A stretch of 63,165 bases of DNA, counting the filler. It is 5 parts of 5 records of this genome, joined end to end, with 100 filler letters (N's around TTAATTAATTAA, not from the genome) between each part and the next. Parts side by side here need not be neighbours in the genome. Positions count along the whole stretch, not along the records: positions 54,064 to 60,339 come from SRR33789315_56; positions 60,440 to 63,165 come from SRR33789315_89; 3 more parts are not named here. One strand, written 5' to 3'. Of this stretch, positions 57,054 to 63,165 are shown piece by piece (within the stretch, counting starts at the first letter, position 1; each line of letters starts with the position of its first letter). Under the pieces are notes generated by a model that worked only from the letters and a program-made list of their open reading frames with translations, was not told the origin of the DNA and did not search any database. The position numbers were made by a program, and so were the translations under genes.

Positions 57054-58439
57054 TTAAACCAGTTTTAATTCGTTAATAATCTGCTGTAAACTTTGCTTAG
57101 CATCACCAAAAAGTAGCTTACATGATTTGGTGTCGAATAATTCGTTCTGAACACCTGCGTACCCCTTACTCATTCCACGTTTCAGTACTACAGAACTTGC
57201 GCAATGGTAGGCTTTTATAATGGGCATTCCATAAATTGGACTGTCAGGGTTTTGCACTGCAGCTGGATTTACCACATCATTAGCGCCAATAATTAAGGCT
57301 AAGTCATAGGTGTTCATTTCATCGTTTACTTCATCCATTTCTTTAAGAACATCGTATTCTACGGATGCTTCGGCTAATAGTACATTCATGTGGCCGGGCA
57401 TTCTACCTGCAACAGGATGTATGATGTAGTGAACTTCGACGTCTTTTTCCGTTAAAAGTTTTTCAATTTGCTTACACAAATGCTGTGCTTGTGCTACAGC
57501 TAATCCATATCCAGGTATTATAGCTACTTTATTGGCTAGAGATAATTGAAGAGCTGTTTCTGAAATACTTGTTTCAATAATTTCTTGTTCTTTTTCATCG
57601 CCTTGTGTCGCGTTTTTTGCTTTAAAAGACCCCGTTAGTACCTTCCATAAGGAGCGGTTCATTGCTCGGCACATCATTACAGTTAATAATATACCGGCCG
57701 CCCCTACAATTATACCACCTGCTAACATTACTTTATTGCTATACAAGGCACCTGCAAAAGCAGTGGCAATTCCTGTAACTGCATTTAATAGGGAAATAAC
57801 TACAGGCATATCGGCTCCGCCTATGGGCAAAACGAACATAATACCATAGAGCAATGAAATAACTACCAGAACTAAGGTATATTCAATAAAACTAAAGTTA
57901 AACAAACCTATACTGGCCGAAATGATGAGTGCAATAATCCCTAAAAGAGCCAGTTGTGAACTCATTTTAAGTAACTTAGATCGCCTATCTATTAATTTGC
58001 CAGATAGTTTTCTTAAAGCAACTATACTTCCGGACGCGGCAATAGCACCAGTTACTGTACCAAGTAAGAGTATTGTTTTCTCAAGAGAAGAGAAATCGTT
58101 GATTTGGTTGGCTTCAGAAATTCCTAGGATAAATGCGCAGGCTCCGCCAGTGGCGTTAAAAAAAGAAACCAACTGTGGCATTTCAGTCATTTCGACTTTA
58201 TTTGAGAGGGATCTACCAATTAAAGTTCCAACCACCAACATAATGGTTATTAGCAAATAATTGGTACTAGATAAAACTTGGTTTTGGAAGGAAAACACAC
58301 TGATTAGTATGGCCATAATCATTCCAATGGCTGCTATCGTGTTTCCTAATTTTGCCTTTTTAGGATTGCTTAAAAATTTTAATCCTCCTAAAAATGATAG
58401 GATAGAAATAAAATAAGTTCCTTCAATAATTGCTGCCAT
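57054..58439 (-). CDS. pntB: NAD(P) transhydrogenase beta subunit
   Basis: IGGADMPVVIS, HPVAGRMPGHMNVLLAEA, GANDVVNP. Confidence 0.96.
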   Translation of the reverse strand: MAAIIEGTYFISILSFLGGLKFLSNPKKAKLGNTIAAIGMIMAILISVFSFQNQVLSSTNYLLITIMLVVGTLIGRSLSNKVEMTEMPQLVSFFNATGGACAFILGISEANQINDFSSLEKTILLLGTVTGAIAASGSIVALRKLSGKLIDRRSKLLKMSSQLALLGIIALIISASIGLFNFSFIEYTLVLVVISLLYGIMFVLPIGGADMPVVISLLNAVTGIATAFAGALYSNKVMLAGGIIVGAAGILLTVMMCRAMNRSLWKVLTGSFKAKNATQGDEKEQEIIETSISETALQLSLANKVAIIPGYGLAVAQAQHLCKQIEKLLTEKDVEVHYIIHPVAGRMPGHMNVLLAEASVEYDVLKEMDEVNDEMNTYDLALIIGANDVVNPAAVQNPDSPIYGMPIIKAYHCASSVVLKRGMSKGYAGVQNELFDTKSCKLLFGDAKQSLQQIINELKLV

Positions 58440-58738
58440 TATTTTTTCTTCGAATTAAACATGGCCAACATGCGGTTAGTTACAAAAAAACCTCCTGAAA
58501 TATTAATGCTTCCAAGTAATACGGCTAGGCTACCTAAAGTTAAGTTTAGGTAATCGTTTGCATCTACTTTAAATAGCATAATAATTGCACCTACCGTAAT
58601 AATTCCGCTAATAGCGTTGGCTCCAGACATTAGAGGGGTATGCAAAATAGCAGGAACATTGGTGATTACTTCTACACCTATAAGTATGCAAAAGCAAATA
58701 AAGTAGAGTTCGTTTATGTTCTCAATTATGTAATTCAT
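58439..58738 (-). CDS. pntA: NAD(P) transhydrogenase alpha subunit part 2
   Basis: VPAILHTPLMSGANAISG. Confidence 0.93.
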   Translation of the reverse strand: MNYIIENINELYFICFCILIGVEVITNVPAILHTPLMSGANAISGIITVGAIIMLFKVDANDYLNLTLGSLAVLLGSINISGGFFVTNRMLAMFNSKKK

Positions 58739-59847
58739 TGTATTAAATTATGAGTATTTAATTCTTGTAGTTGAGGATGAATTATTTCACCTTTCTCTAT
58801 AACTTGGGTAGTCTTAATAAGATGATGTTTACTGTCTTTTAAATACATTTTTATATAATTTAAATAGTTGTTTGACAACAGTTGCGAAGCGGCATAAGGA
58901 ATAGCTTTAGATAAATGTGAATTGCCAATTATGGTTATTCCATTGTGCTGTATGGCTTTGTTGTTTTGCGATAATTCACAATTGCCGCCTTGTTCGCTAG
59001 CTAGATCAATTATAACAGCACCCTTTTTCATTTCCTCAACAGTATTTGCTCTAATTAGAAGAGGTGCTTTTTTCCCAGGTATGTTTGCCGTTGAAATAAT
59101 AATGTCTGCATCAATAGCAGAATTATGAATGAGCTGTTTTTGGCGTTCTTGAAAGTCTTCAGATTGGGTAATGGCATAGCCACCTGCAGAATTAGATTCT
59201 TGAGCACCTTCTACTTCTATAAACTTGGCGCCTAAACTTCTTACTTCTTCACCTGCCGAACTTCTTACATCAAATGCTTCAACAATTGCCCCCATGCGTT
59301 TTGCGGTAGCAATTGCTTGTAAACCAGCAACGCCTGCTCCTAAAATTAAAACACGAGCTGGCTTTATGGTGCCCGCTGCGGTTGTGAACATAGGTAGGCT
59401 ACTTTTAAGGTAATTTGCAGCCATTACTACAGCTTTATAACCTGCTAATGATGCCATACTAGATAGTACATCCATGTTTTGGGCTATGGTACTTCTTGGC
59501 AGTAAATCAAGCGAGTAAACCGAAGTCCATTCAGAATATCTTTTTAGCTCTTTTGAATGAAAAAGCGGATTAAAAACGCCTACAAAGTTAGCCTCGGAAT
59601 TTAGGGTTTCGTTGTTGTATCTATGGTTTATAGAACAAATTAAATCTGCTGCCTCATAAATTTTTTCGGCAGTGGTACAGACTGCGCCTGCCTTTTGATA
59701 CTCAACGTTTAATAACCCTAACCCTGTACCAGCATGTGATTCAAATAATACATCTATGCCTTGAGAGGTAAGTGTTTTGACGGTTTCGGGTAATATGCAA
59801 ACCCTACTGTCGTTATTATCTTCTTTTAATATACCTATGGTACTCAT
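58735..59847 (-). CDS. pntA: NAD(P) transhydrogenase alpha subunit part 1
   Basis: DVLSSM, GAGVAGLQAI, GGYA, GGNCE. Confidence 0.94.
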   Translation of the reverse strand: MSTIGILKEDNNDSRVCILPETVKTLTSQGIDVLFESHAGTGLGLLNVEYQKAGAVCTTAEKIYEAADLICSINHRYNNETLNSEANFVGVFNPLFHSKELKRYSEWTSVYSLDLLPRSTIAQNMDVLSSMASLAGYKAVVMAANYLKSSLPMFTTAAGTIKPARVLILGAGVAGLQAIATAKRMGAIVEAFDVRSSAGEEVRSLGAKFIEVEGAQESNSAGGYAITQSEDFQERQKQLIHNSAIDADIIISTANIPGKKAPLLIRANTVEEMKKGAVIIDLASEQGGNCELSQNNKAIQHNGITIIGNSHLSKAIPYAASQLLSNNYLNYIKMYLKDSKHHLIKTTQVIEKGEIIHPQLQELNTHNLIQ

Positions 59848-59864
59848 ACAAATTTAGTTTTTGA

Positions 59865-60338
59865 TTAAGGGAAAATTCCTCTTTGTAAGTAAGCTTGCTC
59901 AACTCTAGCTATTGCCTCTATAAATGCAGCTGTACGCCAATCTGTGTTGTACTTGCTAGCTGATTCAAGAATTCTTTGAAAAGAAATTTTCATTTTGGAC
60001 TCTAGCTTTTCTAGTACTTCTTCCATGGTCCACACTTCGCCATTTCGGTTTTGTAGCCATTCAAAATAGCTGGTAATAACTCCTCCTGAGTTACAGTAGA
60101 TATCTGGGATAATATCTATGTTTCTTGATAGTAGAATGTCATTTGCGACTGCATCTGTAGGCCCATTTGCTCCTTCTGCAATTACACGCGCCTTAATAGA
60201 ATTAGCATTATCCTCCGTAATTTGGTTGCCTAATGCAGCTGGAATAATAATATCACAATTCAAGCTGAAAAACATCTCGTTTGGTAGAGCACTAGCCAAA
60301 GCATAGTCTTTAATGAAACCTCTGTTTTCATTCATATA
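59865..60338 (-). CDS. Glu/Leu/Phe/Val dehydrogenase C-terminal part (5'-truncated)
   Basis: PAA, EGANGPT, PD..CNSGGV..SYFEW. Confidence 0.9.
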   Translation of the reverse strand, partial: YMNENRGFIKDYALASALPNEMFFSLNCDIIIPAALGNQITEDNANSIKARVIAEGANGPTDAVANDILLSRNIDIIPDIYCNSGGVITSYFEWLQNRNGEVWTMEEVLEKLESKMKISFQRILESASKYNTDWRTAAFIEAIARVEQAYLQRGIFP

Positions 60339-60339
60339 C

Positions 60340-60439
60340 NNNNNNNNNNNNNNNNNNNNNNNNNNNNNNNNNNNNNNNNNNNNTTAATTAATTAANNNNN
60401 NNNNNNNNNNNNNNNNNNNNNNNNNNNNNNNNNNNNNNN
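60340..60439. other. Artificial contig linker
   Basis: Same N/TTAATTAATTAA/N pattern. Confidence 0.98.
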
Positions 60440-60708
60440 GTGTTTATCTTTCGAGGTTAATTTTGCAGCTGTAGTTGGTTTTTTACACAATGTATCGCAT
60501 ATGCAGTGTGGCGGTTCCCCATAAATGTGTGATAACGAAATATAAAGACCAACCTCGTGCCGCACTTAGGGTTCTGCCTAAGACCCTCTGTTGCTCGAAT
60601 TACATAGAATAACTATGCTACAGTCCTCGCACCGCAATTAACTTGCTCCTAGGTTGATTCTTTCTTTTGGTTCGCTTTTTATTTTGCTCGGTCTTCAGAA
60701 TTTCTAAC

Positions 60709-62019
60709 TTATTCAAGTTCGTTTGACAAATGAGCTACCGCATCAACCACTTTTTGCGCACCTTCGCGGATGTCTTGAATAACCTGACTGGTAGTTTTAA
60801 TCCGCTCAACCACATCAGAGGCCGTATCTCTTCCGCTATTGATTGTCGCTACCGAGGTTTTGGTTAATGTTTCGTTCTTGGCGACAACTCGAATAATCTC
60901 CTCTGTTGATTTTGATGTGCGGGATGCTAACTCTCTGACTTCATCAGCAACAACTGCAAATCCACGGCCTTGCTCACCTGCTCGGGCGGCCTCAATGGCG
61001 GCATTTAATGCCAATAGGTTGGTTTGGTCTGCAATACTACTAATTGAATTTACCATAGAGCTAATAGCGTTTGACTGTTCTTCTAATGCATCGATATTTT
61101 TTGACGCCGCTATCATCTGTTCAGACAGTTTTTCCATGGCGATTGCCGTGTCATGCATTAAAATAGACGCTTGACTCGCATATTTGCCGGTGACCTCAGA
61201 AGTCTCGTTTGCTAATAAGGCTGCTCTATTTACTTCACCTTCACGGTCCACTTGTTTGGTAATATCAGTGGCAAATTTAATAATCTTGTACAGTTTGCCA
61301 TAGTTATCAAAGATAGGATTGTACGATGCTTCAAGCCACACTTCGCGCCCACTTTTATGTATACGTTTAAAACGCGAAGCAATAAAGTCACCCGTATTTA
61401 GACTGAGCCAGAAGTCAGAGTAAGCTTTGCTATTACTTTCTTCATTTGTACAAAATATTCTATGGTGCTTATGTTGTATGTCACTTAAAGAATAACCTAC
61501 TGTATTAAGAAACAAATCGTTTGCAGTGATAATCTCGCCACTGGGTAAAAATTCTATTACAGCCATAGAACGCTTTAAGGCTGAGACTAAATTTTGGTCT
61601 TGTTGTGAATTTTCGATAGTTCGGGTTAGATTGGAGCCAAAAATATCAATATAAAGGCATTCTCCATGCTCGTTTAAGATGGGTTGCAGTATAATTCTTA
61701 GCCATATAATTTTTTGATTATGCGCGAGTTCAACCGCACCAGCCCAATGTTGTCGTTGTTTAATCGCAGAGCTAAGGGCTTTGAAATGTTCTGATATTTT
61801 TGCTGCTTGTGGAATTAATTGAATGAAATCGCTACCTATGGCGTCCTGCTTCTGTATGCCTGTTTCCTTCGTAAATAAAGAATTAACTTCTATTACTGCT
61901 CCATTTGCACTCAATGTTAGGTGAACCATCTCTTCTTTTAAACTAGCCATAATTTGTGCATAAGACTTAATTTGAGATTTTGCTTCGGCAAGTTCTTGTT
62001 TAAGAAGTTTGTTGAACAT
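60709..62019 (-). CDS. Cytoplasmic PAS-PAS methyl-accepting chemotaxis protein (BdlA-like)
   Basis: Two PAS domains, [38 protein letters not shown]; no TM. Confidence 0.92.
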   Translation of the reverse strand: MFNKLLKQELAEAKSQIKSYAQIMASLKEEMVHLTLSANGAVIEVNSLFTKETGIQKQDAIGSDFIQLIPQAAKISEHFKALSSAIKQRQHWAGAVELAHNQKIIWLRIILQPILNEHGECLYIDIFGSNLTRTIENSQQDQNLVSALKRSMAVIEFLPSGEIITANDLFLNTVGYSLSDIQHKHHRIFCTNEESNSKAYSDFWLSLNTGDFIASRFKRIHKSGREVWLEASYNPIFDNYGKLYKIIKFATDITKQVDREGEVNRAALLANETSEVTGKYASQASILMHDTAIAMEKLSEQMIAASKNIDALEEQSNAISSMVNSISSIADQTNLLALNAAIEAARAGEQGRGFAVVADEVRELASRTSKSTEEIIRVVAKNETLTKTSVATINSGRDTASDVVERIKTTSQVIQDIREGAQKVVDAVAHLSNELE

Positions 62020-62241
62020 TGGTTATTACCTTTGGCTGAAATTTAATCAATTATAAGTCGAAAGGTTTGATAAACAAAGAAAGTTAATCTAAATCAAAAG
62101 CAAGTGCTTTGAAAAAAATGTTGGACTTGGTTCAAAATCTAAGAAAATTTAGCGCTCATAGTCTTAAATATTATTAAAATAGAAAGAGTGAATATCGTTA
62201 TGGTTGTGAAATCACTTTCACTGATGAAAAACACCAAAAAT

Positions 62242-62276
62242 AAAAAAGCCGCACACAGAATAAATTCTGTAGCGGC
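62242..62276 (-). terminator. Rho-independent terminator with no credible upstream CDS (possible sRNA 3' end)
   Basis: Minus strand GCCGCTACAGAAT-TT-ATTCTGTGTGCGGC-TTTTTT. Confidence 0.65.
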
Positions 62277-62574
62277 CCAGGGGAGATGACAGTTCACTAC
62301 GCTGTCAGTTATTAAGACGCACAAGTAATCAAAAAGTTTATTTTCCCATCGAAAAAAATCCTAATACTTAGTTATATATTATTCTTTTAGTCAGTATCTT
62401 TCATAAACTTGTCTTGAACCGTAAAAAGCAGGTTGGTAGTCTCATTAATAAAAAAACTGATATCGTTTGAATAAAGTAGTCAAATTAAGTATCACTAATC
62501 CTCGTTTTATTACAAAAGCACTAAATTTTTAAATTGCTCTTCAGTTAAATTTATGAAAAAAATAAGGATTTTTA

Positions 62575-62985
62575 ATGCCATCGTCTGATTGGATGTATAG
62601 AAACAGAGATTTAATAATAGGCGCTTTTGCCGGTTTAGTACTCGGTTTACCCCAGGGACTTAGAGATTTACCTCAATTCAACCAAGTGCTCAGCTCCTCA
62701 GACTTGTGGCTCGGATATAGTGTTGCAGGAGCTTTTGCGGGATTTTTTGCAGGAGCACATCTAATCAGTAGGGCTAACCCCAGTATTAGAAAACGCACAT
62801 TATTTAGTTTATTGATGGTAGGTAGCTTATCAGTAGGAATACCGACAATTGTTCGACATTATAATGGAATTGTTCTACAAAGCCTTACTTTACCAGGCAT
62901 TTTATTTACCTCTATCGGTATTGCTATGTTTGTTGGTGCAGGGGTGAGTTATAAATTCAGCAAAGGGATCAATACCAAGAAGTAG
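62575..62985 (+). CDS. Small 4-TM hypothetical membrane protein
   Basis: AAGGA RBS, four hydrophobic segments, terminator follows. Confidence 0.7.
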   Translation: MPSSDWMYRNRDLIIGAFAGLVLGLPQGLRDLPQFNQVLSSSDLWLGYSVAGAFAGFFAGAHLISRANPSIRKRTLFSLLMVGSLSVGIPTIVRHYNGIVLQSLTLPGILFTSIGIAMFVGAGVSYKFSKGINTKK

Positions 62986-62989
62986 CTCA

Positions 62990-63015
62990 AAAATGACCTC
63001 GGGAGAGGTCATTTT
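62990..63015. terminator. Bidirectional-type terminator hairpin
   Basis: AAAATGACCTC-GGGA-GAGGTCATTTT. Confidence 0.75.
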
Positions 63016-63165
63016 CAAAGTTCAGTGACAAGTTTCTAGCTAGCAGTTAAAGAGCTTAAAGAAAAAGTTAGCTTTACCTTAAGCTGGCCTCTGAGCTTGT
63101 AGTAACTCAAAACTCACTACTTAAATTCTTAGATACGTTCGTTTAATGCAGCCACGATAGGTGAG

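Noticed and set aside
60560-60660. Possible interspersed palindromic repeat/MITE downstream of the MCP gene
   Set aside because: Single copy in the window and no clear terminal inverted repeats; cannot be supported without a genome-wide search
62020-62240. c-di-GMP (GEMM) riboswitch upstream of MCP
   Set aside because: No GEMM-I consensus elements found by eye
1-63165. CRISPR array, rRNA, complete tRNA, IS transposase, retron/RT
   Set aside because: None seen by eye or in the ORF track

Overview
The window is not one genome. It is five unrelated contigs joined by four identical 100-nt linkers (44 N + TTAATTAATTAA + 44 N). Contig A (1-19736) holds housekeeping genes with a Bdellovibrionota/Bacteriovorax-like look (pip, polB, aspS, mutS, lptC/A-lptB). 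Contig B (19837-36203) is almost entirely one integrated element, a filamentous (Inovirus-type) prophage of a marine gammaproteobacterium. It starts at a duplicated tmRNA 3' end and has P2-type integrase arm and IHF sites at both ends, a P2-like int / repressor / cox switch, Rep_trans, pV, a leaderless coat protein, pIII, pVI and Zot. Its cargo is an orphan 478-aa gene, a P-loop ATPase and a BsuBI/PstI-type R-M pair. Contig C (36304-53963) is Bacteroidota housekeeping (T9SS type-B protein, fabD, PAS kinase/RR, map, mrdA-mreDCB, purH). Contig D (54064-60339) is Bacteroidota nhaA, rnk, pnt and gdh. Contig E (60440-63165) has a gammaproteobacterial PAS-MCP and a candidate sRNA. The top candidate for a new system is an unannotated 45-aa Sec-signal prepropeptide gene (22666-22803) overlapping a polytopic membrane protein gene, placed between the integrase and a repressor that lacks a self-cleaving domain. 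This is hypothesised to be a peptide signal/receptor module controlling a Gram-negative filamentous prophage. Taxonomic labels are impressions from gene content, not search results.
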